Notes: generated by a model from the letters alone, not told the origin. 62,382 bases of DNA, filler included, from 3 parts of 3 records of this genome joined end to end with filler, not necessarily neighbours in it; one strand, 5' to 3'. Positions 35,558 to 44,401 are shown, counted from the whole stretch's first letter. Program-made: numbers and translations.

Positions 35558-36061
35558 ATGACCATGAATCAGACATTTCCGCTAACGCTTTCAACACACA
35601 CCACGGCCCAGCGCATTGCGTTTATTCAAGGCCACTGGCATCACGACATTGTCGAGAAGGCCTATGAAGCATTTATCACTGAAGTAGAACGCTGCGGTCT
35701 TAACGCCGAACAAGTGGACATCTTCACCGTATCAGGTGCTTACGAAATCCCCCTCCAGGCAAAGGTACTCGCCGAAAGTGGCCGCTACGGCGCCATTGTC
35801 GGGGCAGGCTTTGTGGTAGACGGCGGCATTTATCGCCACGACTTTGTCGCCCATGCGGTCATTGATGGCTTAATGCGCGTGCAGTTAGATACGCAAGTAC
35901 CGATTATCTCGGTCGTCCTAACACCACACCACTTCCATGAGCACAGCACTCACCACGACTTCTACACCCAGCACTTTGTTACCAAAGGGCAAGAAGCCGC
36001 CCAGGCGTGTCTGAATACGATGGAAAACCTGCATCGAGCGCGCAAGCTAAGCAACGCATAA
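35558..36061 (+). CDS. ribH2: 6,7-dimethyl-8-ribityllumazine synthase, type II (RibH2-like)
   Basis: IAFIQGHWHHDIV, VSGAYEIPL, VDGGIYRHDFVA, VLTPHHFHE; start could be 35564. Confidence 0.92.
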   Translation: MTMNQTFPLTLSTHTTAQRIAFIQGHWHHDIVEKAYEAFITEVERCGLNAEQVDIFTVSGAYEIPLQAKVLAESGRYGAIVGAGFVVDGGIYRHDFVAHAVIDGLMRVQLDTQVPIISVVLTPHHFHEHSTHHDFYTQHFVTKGQEAAQACLNTMENLHRARKLSNA

Positions 36062-36106
36062 ACCTGTATTGCGCTTAAAAAGCTGTGTTGTAAGTCACTG
36101 TCGTCT

Positions 36107-36129
36107 GAGCCCGGCTGAACGCCGGGCTT
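36107..36129. terminator. Hairpin between convergent ribH2 and GNAT
   Basis: AGCCCGGC-tgaac-GCCGGGCT inverted repeat; weak U-tract. Confidence 0.5.
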
Positions 36130-36159
36130 GAAATGGCTGCTTATTAGCCATCATTTTCG

Positions 36160-36609
36160 TTATTTGATATCCAGCAGATAACCGTAAAACGCCGTGTTGC
36201 GCTGCCAGTCCAAGGACTCATAAAGGTGCTGGGCGCGCTCGTTCTCTACCTGGGTCATAAGGATTAAGCGCGCGACACCATGCTCGCGAGCCAGTTGGGT
36301 GGCGGCTTCCATTAACGCCCTTCCCGTGCCCTTATCGCGACACTCCGGCAACACAAAAAGATCATTTAGCGTCCAACGCGCATTCAAGCCCACCGTGGAA
36401 ACCCCAGGATAAAGTTGCACGAAACCAGTGAGGTTAGCGTCGCTATTTTCACTCACTAAAATGCGCGAATCCGCCAGCCCAAAGCGCTGACGCAAGAAAT
36501 CCCGCGCCGCACCGATATCACTCGGCTGATTATAGAACTGCCGATAGCCGTCGAGTAATCCACTAAGTGCCTCTAAGTCAGACAGTACCGCTGAACGAAT
36601 ATTAACCAT
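36160..36609 (-). CDS. GNAT family N-acetyltransferase
   Basis: YRQFYNQ, GFVQLYP, WTLNDLFVLPECRDKGTGRALM (acetyl-CoA loop), NERAQHLYESL. Confidence 0.92.
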   Translation of the reverse strand: MVNIRSAVLSDLEALSGLLDGYRQFYNQPSDIGAARDFLRQRFGLADSRILVSENSDANLTGFVQLYPGVSTVGLNARWTLNDLFVLPECRDKGTGRALMEAATQLAREHGVARLILMTQVENERAQHLYESLDWQRNTAFYGYLLDIK

Positions 36610-36655
36610 GGCAACTACTCCATTAAGATGGTGAACAAACTCAGCTTGCCGCTAT

Positions 36656-36679
36656 AGTGGTCTATAACAAAGAGCCACT
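36656..36679. promoter_or_regulatory. Imperfect inverted repeat, candidate MocR-family operator
   Basis: AGTGGTCT-ataacaa-AGAGCCACT between the divergent GNAT and MocR genes. Confidence 0.4.
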
Positions 36680-36701
36680 TATCGCTAAATTGAGGGAACC
36701 A

Positions 36702-38180
36702 GTGAAACGACGTAACGCTGCTAGCGATTGGATTACGGAGGCGCTAGCGATAAGGCTAGCAGCGAATGATGCAGCCACGCTGGTTCAACAGCTCTACCGC
36801 TCGCTTAAGGATTGGATTCAGCATGGCGAATTAACAGCAGGCGATGCACTTCCCTCTTCTCGCTATTTATCCACCGCTTTAGGTATTAGCCGCAATACGG
36901 TGCTGGCCGCCATGGACCGGCTGCTGGCGGAAGGATTGCTGATCGCTCGCCAGGGAGCGGGGCTCTATGTGGCACAACTACCCACACGATTAAACAGAAC
37001 CGAACCTCCCTCTCCTGTGCCTGTTCGCTATTCACACCGGGGCAACACACTACTAACGCTAAGCGGCGCGTTAAGCCACGGCCATCGAGCGTTTGCCCCT
37101 GGCGTTCCGGCACTCGATCTGTTTCCCCGCGAGCTATGGCAACGCCTTTTGCGTCGTCACTATTATCACGCAGAAATGTCATGGATGGATTATCAAACCA
37201 ACGGTGGGCTGCCTGAACTTAAAGCAGCCCTTTGTGACTATCTACGCCTCTCCCGCGCGGTGCGCTGTGAACCAGAGCAGATCGTGATTACCCAAGGAGC
37301 TCAGCAGGCATTTGAGCTGACTACCCAACTACTCACCGATAGCGGCGATTCGGTTTGGATGGAAGAGCCTGGTTACCGCGGAGCGCAAGCATGTTTCCTA
37401 GCCTCAGGCTTAACGACAACGCTCATACCCGTAGATAAAGAAGGACTAAACCCTTCACTAGCGCCTGCGGGCGCCCCCTCACCCCGGCTAATCTATGTAA
37501 CACCTTCTCACCAATACCCCAGTGGCGTTACCATGCCGATACCACGCCGGCTAGCATTGTTAGAGTATGCTTCTCATGCTGGCAGCTGGATCATCGAAGA
37601 TGATTACGACAGTGAATTTCGGTACGACACGCCGCCTACTCCCTCTCTACAAGGCCTCGCCGAACAGGCGCCGGTGATTTATGTGGGCACCTTCAGTAAA
37701 GTGCTTTACCCCGGCTTGCGTTTAGGCTATTTGGTATTGCCTGATAGGCTTGCCGAAGACTTTAAGCGCGCCCATACGCGGCTGCACCGCGAGGGTAACT
37801 ACCCCATACAATCAGCGCTTGCTGAACTTATTGCCAACGGCCACTTTACTCGCCACATCGCTCGCATGCGGGCTGCTTATTGCCAACGCCAAGCCTGCCT
37901 GCGCACTGCGTTAGCGCCTGCGGTGGCCGCAGGGCTTCAGCTTTCTGACGGCCATGCAGGCATGCACCTTCTGGCTGAGCTCGATAATTTTGAAACAGAA
38001 GAGATACTGGTAAGGCGTGCTAGTGAAGCAGGTATTACGCTTTCTCCTCTTTCCCGCTATTACCTTGGTGAGAATAAGCGGCCTGGTTTAGTGCTCGGCT
38101 ATGCAGGTTCAACGGAAAGCGAACTTATCAACGCAGGTGCTTGGCTTAGCAACGCATGGTTAAACTTACGCCAGGGTTAA
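36702..38180 (+). CDS. MocR/GabR family regulator (GntR wHTH + PLP aminotransferase-like domain)
   Basis: LPSSRYLSTALGISRNTV, IVITQGAQQA, YVTPSHQYPSG, IIEDDYDSEFRY, GTFSKVLYPGLRLGY; GTG 36702 follows GAGGG. Confidence 0.93.
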   Translation: MKRRNAASDWITEALAIRLAANDAATLVQQLYRSLKDWIQHGELTAGDALPSSRYLSTALGISRNTVLAAMDRLLAEGLLIARQGAGLYVAQLPTRLNRTEPPSPVPVRYSHRGNTLLTLSGALSHGHRAFAPGVPALDLFPRELWQRLLRRHYYHAEMSWMDYQTNGGLPELKAALCDYLRLSRAVRCEPEQIVITQGAQQAFELTTQLLTDSGDSVWMEEPGYRGAQACFLASGLTTTLIPVDKEGLNPSLAPAGAPSPRLIYVTPSHQYPSGVTMPIPRRLALLEYASHAGSWIIEDDYDSEFRYDTPPTPSLQGLAEQAPVIYVGTFSKVLYPGLRLGYLVLPDRLAEDFKRAHTRLHREGNYPIQSALAELIANGHFTRHIARMRAAYCQRQACLRTALAPAVAAGLQLSDGHAGMHLLAELDNFETEEILVRRASEAGITLSPLSRYYLGENKRPGLVLGYAGSTESELINAGAWLSNAWLNLRQG

Positions 38181-38265
38181 TATCTACTCGCTAAGGGCGT
38201 TCAGCGGCCGCGCTGTCGTTGGTTGGCAGCGAGAGGTAGCTTTCTGTCGTCATACATTAAAACTA

Positions 38266-38292
38266 CCGCTGCCTTAAGACTCAAGGCAGCGG
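38266..38292. terminator. Hairpin terminator downstream of the fasciclin gene
   Basis: CCGCTGCCTT-aagactc-AAGGCAGCGG; T-rich tail on the minus strand. Confidence 0.6.
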
Positions 38293-38341
38293 GACAGTCA
38301 CTTGGCGAATGAGTGTTCATAAGTCGCCAGCATCAAATCAA

Positions 38342-38893
38342 TTAAGGCATTAATACACGATCAACCACGTGGATAACGCCGTTAGCTTGGGCAACATCAA
38401 TCACCGTTATATTGGCACTATTGCCCTGCGCATCCATCACCATTAGGTTATTACCGTTACGAATAACGGAAAGATGCCCGCCTTGTACGGTTTTAAAAGC
38501 CACGGTGCCGTCGTTCTCCATAACCTCTTCCCACAACGCGTCCCGCGTCAGGTTGCCTGGCACCACGTGATAAGTCAGAACGGTCTGCAACTGCTCAAGG
38601 TTCTCAGGCTGTAGCAACGTATCAACGGTGCCATCGGGCAAGTCCGCAAAGGCCTCATCCGTGGGTGCAAAGACGGTAAAAGGGCCATCACCTTGCAACA
38701 CATCCACTAGCTCAGCTGCCTGCACTGCAGCCACCAGCGTTTCGTGGTCACCTGAGTTAACGGCATTTTCGATAATATTACGCTCGGGAAGCATGCTGGC
38801 TCCGCCCACCATGGTAGGGCCATGATCAGCAACGGCAGCACTAGCATAAAGAGCAGCGGCACAAAGGCTAGCAGTAAGAAGTTTGAGTTTCAT
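38342..38893 (-). CDS. Secreted fasciclin (FAS1) domain protein, MPT70/MPT83-like
   Basis: Signal peptide; TLVAAVQAAELVDVLQGDGPFTVFAPTDEAF (H1), LTYHVVPG, DVAQANGVIHVVDRVLMP (H2). Confidence 0.95.
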   Translation of the reverse strand: MKLKLLTASLCAAALYASAAVADHGPTMVGGASMLPERNIIENAVNSGDHETLVAAVQAAELVDVLQGDGPFTVFAPTDEAFADLPDGTVDTLLQPENLEQLQTVLTYHVVPGNLTRDALWEEVMENDGTVAFKTVQGGHLSVIRNGNNLMVMDAQGNSANITVIDVAQANGVIHVVDRVLMP

Positions 38894-38949
38894 TGGGGCA
38901 TCTCCTACTTGTGATTAAAATGGCTCAACAATGCAAGCTCATTAACACT

Positions 38950-38976
38950 TACGTGGCTAATGCCCAGCTGGATGCA
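38950..38976 (-). promoter_or_regulatory. Candidate ECF-sigma promoter for the fasciclin gene
   Basis: Minus strand TGCATCC-N16-CGTA, with ECF-type spacing and CGT -10 element, 57 bp upstream of the fasciclin ATG. Confidence 0.5.
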
Positions 38977-39078
38977 AACTTTTCAGAATTTTTTATCGGC
39001 CACTAATATGAAGTCTATTGCCTTCAACGCCACGCTACCCAAGACTGATAGTTCGGTTTAATGCGCAGAGATGCCTGA

Positions 39079-39642
39079 ATGCAAGATGCCACGCAACGCC
39101 AACAGTACCTTATTGATCAGCTCAGTGGCTGCGCCCAAGGCGACCGCCAAGCATTTGCGCGCCTTTATCGTGCCACTAGTGCGCATCTATATGCCCAACT
39201 GCTGCGTATAGTAAGAGAGGAAAGCGCTGCCCAGGATTGCCTGCAGCATGTCTTTATCAACATATGGCGCGTTGCCAATCAGTACGATGCCACTCGTGCT
39301 AAACCTATGACCTGGCTTTCAACACTTGCCCGCAATACTGGCATCGACTGGCTACGCCGCCAGAAGCCGCAGGATGCAACCACCGGCGAACCTATATTAG
39401 CAACGCTGCTAGGTACCGAAGACCCTGAAGGTGACAGCATAAGCGGCCAGAAAAAAGACAGACTTAATGATTGTCTAGACACACTAAGCCTTCATCAGCG
39501 TCAGTTAATGGAGATGGCTTATTTTCAGGGGTTAACGCATAGCGAGCTTGCTCACTCTTTGTCCCAACCGCTGGGCAGCGTTAAAAGCTGGATTCGTCGT
39601 GGGCTTGAGAGGTTAAAAACATGTCTAACCAATGGGATTTAA
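39079..39642 (+). CDS. ECF RNA polymerase sigma-70 factor (SigK-like)
   Basis: GDRQAFARLY, AQDCLQHVFINIW, TWLSTLARNTGIDWLR, YFQGLTHSELA...PLGSVKSWIRRGL. Confidence 0.93.
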   Translation: MQDATQRQQYLIDQLSGCAQGDRQAFARLYRATSAHLYAQLLRIVREESAAQDCLQHVFINIWRVANQYDATRAKPMTWLSTLARNTGIDWLRRQKPQDATTGEPILATLLGTEDPEGDSISGQKKDRLNDCLDTLSLHQRQLMEMAYFQGLTHSELAHSLSQPLGSVKSWIRRGLERLKTCLTNGI

Positions 39643-40331
39643 CCAACCCCGATGAACGCCACCTAGCGGCTGGTGAGTATGTACTCGGCGTATTGGATAA
39701 AGAACAGAAAACACACTTTGAAGCGCTGCTGGCCGTCAGCCATGATCTACAAAATGATGTGGATAGTTGGCGAGAGCACTTGCAGTTATTCAACGAGCAA
39801 CTTGATCCTAGAACACCTCCCAAAGAAGTTTGGCAGCGTATTACCCAAGCAACCGGGGCATTTCCCCCTCCCTGGTGGCAACGCTTAGGCGTATGGCAAA
39901 CAATCGCTGCCGGATTTGGGGCAGTCGCAATAGTTTTTGGTACTCTTTGGCAGCAGGCTGAACTGTCTACATTGCCTCAGGGCGAGGCGGTCTTTGTGGT
40001 TCAGGATGAATCGCGCACGCCGGGCTGGATCATTAGCGCGACCACTGGGGGCGAACTGATCGTGCAAGCCGTTCAACCTACTCAAGTCAGCAGCAATCAG
40101 ACTGGGGAACTGTGGTTAATCGCCGAAGGCACCCCAATATCGTTAGGTTTACTACCTGAGCAAGGTAACCTACGGCTACACCCTAGCGCGGAGCTACGTG
40201 CGCAATTATTCAATGCCGACCTCGCCGTCAGTATAGAACCACAAGGGGGTGCACCTGACGGTCAACCCACAGGCCCCATCATCGATCACGGGCGTTTGAT
40301 ACCTATGCGCGGTAACACACTCAACTTATGA
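39621..40331 (+). CDS. Anti-sigma factor, RskA family
   Basis: AAGEYVLGVL N-terminus, PPKEVWQRI, single TM, ELWLI..PISLGLL, LAVSIEPQGG.P.GQPTGPII; overlaps the sigma gene. Confidence 0.9.
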   Translation: MSNQWDLTNPDERHLAAGEYVLGVLDKEQKTHFEALLAVSHDLQNDVDSWREHLQLFNEQLDPRTPPKEVWQRITQATGAFPPPWWQRLGVWQTIAAGFGAVAIVFGTLWQQAELSTLPQGEAVFVVQDESRTPGWIISATTGGELIVQAVQPTQVSSNQTGELWLIAEGTPISLGLLPEQGNLRLHPSAELRAQLFNADLAVSIEPQGGAPDGQPTGPIIDHGRLIPMRGNTLNL

Positions 40332-40359
40332 CGTTTGGGATATTGCTAAGGAGCGCCCA

Positions 40360-40965
40360 ATGCCTGACTTTATTGCCCCAGATAACCTGCCACGCTGCCA
40401 GTGGTGTGGCGGTGCCGCCGAATTTCTGCCCTACCATGACAACGAGTGGGGGTTTCCGGTGGTTGACGACCAGCGGCTATTCGAAAAGCTCTGCCTGGAA
40501 AGTTTTCAGTCGGGCTTAAGTTGGCGCACCATTCTCAACAAACGCGAGAATTTTCGCGCTGCCTTCCATCATTTCGACTTCCATCACGTTGCCCGCTTTG
40601 GCGAAGAGGATGTGCAGCGCTTGCTGCAGAACGCCGGCATTATTCGCCATCGTGGCAAAATCGAGGCGGTGATTAATAATGCTCAACGGGCACTGGAAAT
40701 GGTCAAGCAGGAAGGTTCACTGGCCACATATTTCTGGCGTTTCGAGCCAGCGCCAGATCCATTGACCACGCCTCAGACGCAAACCACCTCGCCTGAATCC
40801 ATCGCACTTGCTAAAGATTTGAAAAAGCGCGGCTGGAAATTCGTTGGTCCAACCACTGCGTTTGCGTTTATGCAGGCGATGGGGCTACTCAATGATCACT
40901 CGCCAACGTGCATCACTCGAGAGCACGTCGAACAGGCAAGGCAGCAATTTCAACGACCAAAATAG
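40360..40965 (+). CDS. tag: DNA-3-methyladenine glycosylase I
   Basis: RCQWC, YHDNEWG, LFEKLCLESFQSGLSWRTIL.KRENFR, GIIRHRGKIEA, LKKRGWKFVGPT, MQAMGLLNDH. Confidence 0.95.
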   Translation: MPDFIAPDNLPRCQWCGGAAEFLPYHDNEWGFPVVDDQRLFEKLCLESFQSGLSWRTILNKRENFRAAFHHFDFHHVARFGEEDVQRLLQNAGIIRHRGKIEAVINNAQRALEMVKQEGSLATYFWRFEPAPDPLTTPQTQTTSPESIALAKDLKKRGWKFVGPTTAFAFMQAMGLLNDHSPTCITREHVEQARQQFQRPK

Positions 40966-41125
40966 CCACAGAGGCACAAGACACGGTACTTTTTGCACAA
41001 ACGTGCCATACCCAGATAGCTGGCCTACGTATTCGCTGGGTGCTGTCTTGTAGTAGGGTATGGTTTTTACACACTCATCTATACACCGAACAGCAAGGGG
41101 ACATCACGTTCCCAATGGGGTCAAC

Positions 41126-41851
41126 GTGGTCCAAACGCTCTCTTCGCACACAGAATCCCGCGCTTCGATATGGAAAGCTTGGAGCGTGCATATATTCACG
41201 GCCAGCGGCGTACTGCTCGGCACAATGGCGCTGCTCTCGCTGATCGACAACAATCCAGTCGCCTGCTTACTATGGCTTGGCGCAGCGATGATGGTCGATG
41301 GTTTCGATGGCACTCTGGCACGCAAGTATGAAGTAAAAACCATCCTGCCCCACTTCGATGGCTCGACGCTTGATATGGTCATCGATTATCTAACCTGGGC
41401 ATTTATTCCCGCTTTGTTCATTTACTTCTTTATCGAGTTACCGCCCAATTTCGAATTGCTGTCAGTGTTTATCATTCTGCTGTCATCGATGTTCTGTTTC
41501 TGCAACACTAATATGAAAAGCCAGGATAATTATTTCGTTGGCTTTCCTGCTGCCTGGAACATTGCTGCGGCCTATTTTTATATTCTCGATTTACCGCCCT
41601 TCATCACCTTTGCATCTATCGTTTTTCTAGCCATTCTTACCGTGACCAAGATGAAGTTCCTGCACCCGTTTCGTGTTCGTCAGTACATGCCACTCAATAT
41701 CGCCGTCACGCTATTATGGTGCGCATGTACAACGTCACTGGTGCTCTCCAGCCCCGTGCACGCCGCCTGGGCCCTATGGGGATGGGGCATTGCATCCGTT
41801 TACTTCATCGGCATGTGCGTATGGCGTACCGCGCAGGAGTGGTTCGATTGA
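41126..41851 (+). CDS. pcs: Phosphatidylcholine synthase (CDP-alcohol phosphatidyltransferase family)
   Basis: AWSVHIFTASG, VDGFDGTLARK, FDGSTLDMVIDYLT, MKSQDNYFVGFPAAWN, KFLHPFRV; GTG 41126 is the likely start (ORF open from 41060). Confidence 0.9.
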   Translation: MVQTLSSHTESRASIWKAWSVHIFTASGVLLGTMALLSLIDNNPVACLLWLGAAMMVDGFDGTLARKYEVKTILPHFDGSTLDMVIDYLTWAFIPALFIYFFIELPPNFELLSVFIILLSSMFCFCNTNMKSQDNYFVGFPAAWNIAAAYFYILDLPPFITFASIVFLAILTVTKMKFLHPFRVRQYMPLNIAVTLLWCACTTSLVLSSPVHAAWALWGWGIASVYFIGMCVWRTAQEWFD

Positions 41852-41909
41852 TGCCCAGAGCCTGCTTTATTGGTACTGCCTAAAGCATTAACGAAACGCA
41901 CCCAAGGTT

Positions 41910-42001
41910 GAGAGCTATCGCGCTGTCTTCCACCATTTCGATTTCCACCAAGTTGCTCATTTAGCGAAGATGATGTTCAGCGTTTACTTCAAGAAGCAGG
42001 C
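41910..42001 (+). pseudogene. Frameshifted internal fragment of a second tag gene
   Basis: Reads ESYRAVFHHFDFHQVAH(F, -1 nt)SEDDVQRLLQEAG versus ENFRAAFHHFDFHHVARFGEEDVQRLLQNAG at tag 40546-40638: 23/31 residues identical, many synonymous differences. Confidence 0.85.
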
Positions 42002-42020
42002 CCTCAATTTGAAGCAATAG

Positions 42021-42974
42021 TTATTGCATCCGGTCGGCGAAGTCTAGCAACACCTTTTGGCCTTTCGGCTGGAGCGCCACCTCAATAGCTTGACGCCATT
42101 CCTGGCAAGGAAATACTTGATAATTTGGCATATCTGCCTGGCTCAAAAGTCGCCAGATATGGGAGAACTTATGTTGCCAAGCCTCAGCAGACATCCTGGC
42201 TAAACTGTCGCGTAGATGAAACTTTCTATAGTGAGCCCTAGGTTTGGCATCCAACTGAATGGCCTGCCCAGTCAATAATCCATAGGCAATAAACATTCCG
42301 TCAGGTGCCATTAACTGCAGGATATTCGATGCCACTGGGCCGCCCAAAGAATCAAATACCAAGTCAGACTCCCGCGCAACATCCGAGATCTTCGACGCAT
42401 CTCGAATAGATACCGGTTTGATACCGAGCTGTTCCAGTCGGGCAACTCGACTCTCGGAGCGGTATATGCCAGCAACTTCCCTGGCGCCATGATGATATGC
42501 CCATGCTCCAAGATAATCAGCGCAATTCGACCCAGCTCCACTTAGAAGAACACGCTTCCCCTTTACAGGCCAAGTCTCAAGCATTGTAAGGGCAGCTAAA
42601 GGGTTAATGTAGGCACGTGCCGCGACCACGTCAGGGATGACATCTGGGACGGGCACTGCGAGAACAGGATCACAATCCAAAATAGTCTGCCAAGTACCAT
42701 CGCCTCGTAATGGGAGAACTCGCTTTCCGATCAAGTAGGCGTATTTTCGCGGGGCATCAATGACCCGACCAACCCCTTCATAACCAGCGACAGCAGGGAG
42801 CTTTATACGGTGAGAATAAGCACCGGAGATGGGAATCAAGTCAGATGGGTTAACTGGGGCACATAACATCCTCACCCTGAGCTTGCCCTCACAGCGTGGA
42901 ACGTCCGCGATTTCCATATTCAATGTTTCAAGCGGCTGTCCGAACGCGCGAAAGGTGAGAGCATGACGACGCAT
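42021..42974 (-). CDS. MDR-superfamily NAD(P)H oxidoreductase, enoyl-thioester-reductase/quinone-reductase-like (no catalytic Zn ligands)
   Basis: APVNPSDL, PAVAGYEGVG, GTWQ, AYINPLAA, DLVFDSLGG, YGLLTG, KVLL; SD GAGG before ATG 42974. Confidence 0.88.
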   Translation of the reverse strand: MRRHALTFRAFGQPLETLNMEIADVPRCEGKLRVRMLCAPVNPSDLIPISGAYSHRIKLPAVAGYEGVGRVIDAPRKYAYLIGKRVLPLRGDGTWQTILDCDPVLAVPVPDVIPDVVAARAYINPLAALTMLETWPVKGKRVLLSGAGSNCADYLGAWAYHHGAREVAGIYRSESRVARLEQLGIKPVSIRDASKISDVARESDLVFDSLGGPVASNILQLMAPDGMFIAYGLLTGQAIQLDAKPRAHYRKFHLRDSLARMSAEAWQHKFSHIWRLLSQADMPNYQVFPCQEWRQAIEVALQPKGQKVLLDFADRMQ

Positions 42975-43033
42975 GGGTACCTCTAACATAGCGGATGAAT
43001 TTCCATGGCCTAAATATGAATACGGATAAATGC

Positions 43034-43552
43034 TCAAGGCTGTGGTCTAGACGTCGAGTCACTTAAAGGTAATGCATATCCAGACTTGACCGTGTCCATG
43101 GAAACCAGCGTTGTGAATGAGCGTACGTTGGAGTGCTCCATCAGTGCCTCACGGGTAAAATCTTCGTACTCCTGAAGCGAACGAGTCACTACTACCAGCA
43201 CGAAGTCCAAACTCCCTGTCACGTAATAACACTGCTGAACATTAGGGTGTTCCCGCATCTGCCGCTTATACGCATCAACATGCTGGTTACGTTCATATTC
43301 GAGATCGACTCCAACAATGCAGGTAGTCGGCAAGCCTAGCGCTTTAGCATCTAGCCGCGCCTCCTCCTTGGCAATAACACCCCGCTCCCTTAACCGTTTG
43401 AGCCGTCGTTGCACCGCAGCCGCCGATAAGCCAACCGCCTGCCCGATACTCTCCCCCGTAACACGCGTGTCGTACTGATAAATAGCCAAAATTCGGCGAT
43501 CAAAATCATCCAGTTGCTCCGCGCGCAGCTCGCCCGCAGTTGAGTCACTCAT
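43034..43552 (-). CDS. Lrp/AsnC family transcriptional regulator
   Basis: LDDFDRRILAIYQ, VGLSAAAVQRRLKRLRERGVI, VQQCYYVTGSLDFVL. Confidence 0.95.
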   Translation of the reverse strand: MSDSTAGELRAEQLDDFDRRILAIYQYDTRVTGESIGQAVGLSAAAVQRRLKRLRERGVIAKEEARLDAKALGLPTTCIVGVDLEYERNQHVDAYKRQMREHPNVQQCYYVTGSLDFVLVVVTRSLQEYEDFTREALMEHSNVRSFTTLVSMDTVKSGYALPLSDSTSRPQP

Positions 43553-43644
43553 TTAGCAGTCTCCCTGCAATGGCCACCCAGAATATGCGGCCAGAAAAAA
43601 CGTATTACCCCTTAAGCTAACTCAACACAAGCGGAGACAACACC

Positions 43645-44401
43645 ATGAGCCAAATACGTACGATCCTGATCGATAGCGACCCACGATTAAGAATAGCATC
43701 ACGCACAGTCGAAGAAATAACGCCCGACGTAACAGCGGTGATTGCGGCATTGCATGCCACACTTGCCGATTTCAGAGCGCGTACCGGCTTTGGCCGCGCC
43801 ATCTCATCCCCTCAGATAGGCGAGCCCTTGCGTATCGTTGCGGTTCAACTGGGTGGCCAACCCTTTACATTAATCAATCCACTCATTGTCTGGCACAGCG
43901 AAGAGACGCAGCTGGTATGGGACGACTGCATGAGTGTACCCAATCATATTGCCAATGTTAGGCGCCACGCCAGCATCAGTCTGACTTACCGGAACGAAAG
44001 CGGCAAAACCTGCCACTGGAATCACCTTTCCGCTTCACTTGCTGAACTGATCCAGCACGAGGTAGACCACCTTGATGGCGTGCTAATGGTGGATCGGATA
44101 GAGCATCCGGAGGATTTACAGCCTATCTCACAACACCACCAACTGATTGCACCCCGGCGAAGCGAACATCGCATCAAGCTGGATCATATTGCCTCTGCCG
44201 CCAGCCGCATCAATCCCACCTTCCTGGCATCCCCACAGTATCGCTCTCCCACGCTTGATGCCGCGTTAGGGGTTGCCATAACACTCAAGGTCGAAACGCT
44301 TAATCCCCTACGCAATTTCAAAGGGCGAGGCGCAGACCACTTTGTCTTCCATCATATTCAGCAAGAGCAACCTGCCCCGCTGGTTTGCGCCAGCGCCGGG
44401 A
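43645..44401 (+). CDS. Fusion: atypical peptide deformylase-like domain + N-terminal part of a PLP-dependent Thr/Ser dehydratase-like (fold-type II) domain; truncated by contig end
   Basis: One uninterrupted ORF: DPRLR, GRAISSPQIG, LINP, WDDCMSVP, QHEVDHLDG (PDF fold), then SPQYRSPTLDAALGVAITLKVETLNPLRNFKGRGA and LVCASAG (PALP family). Confidence 0.85.
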
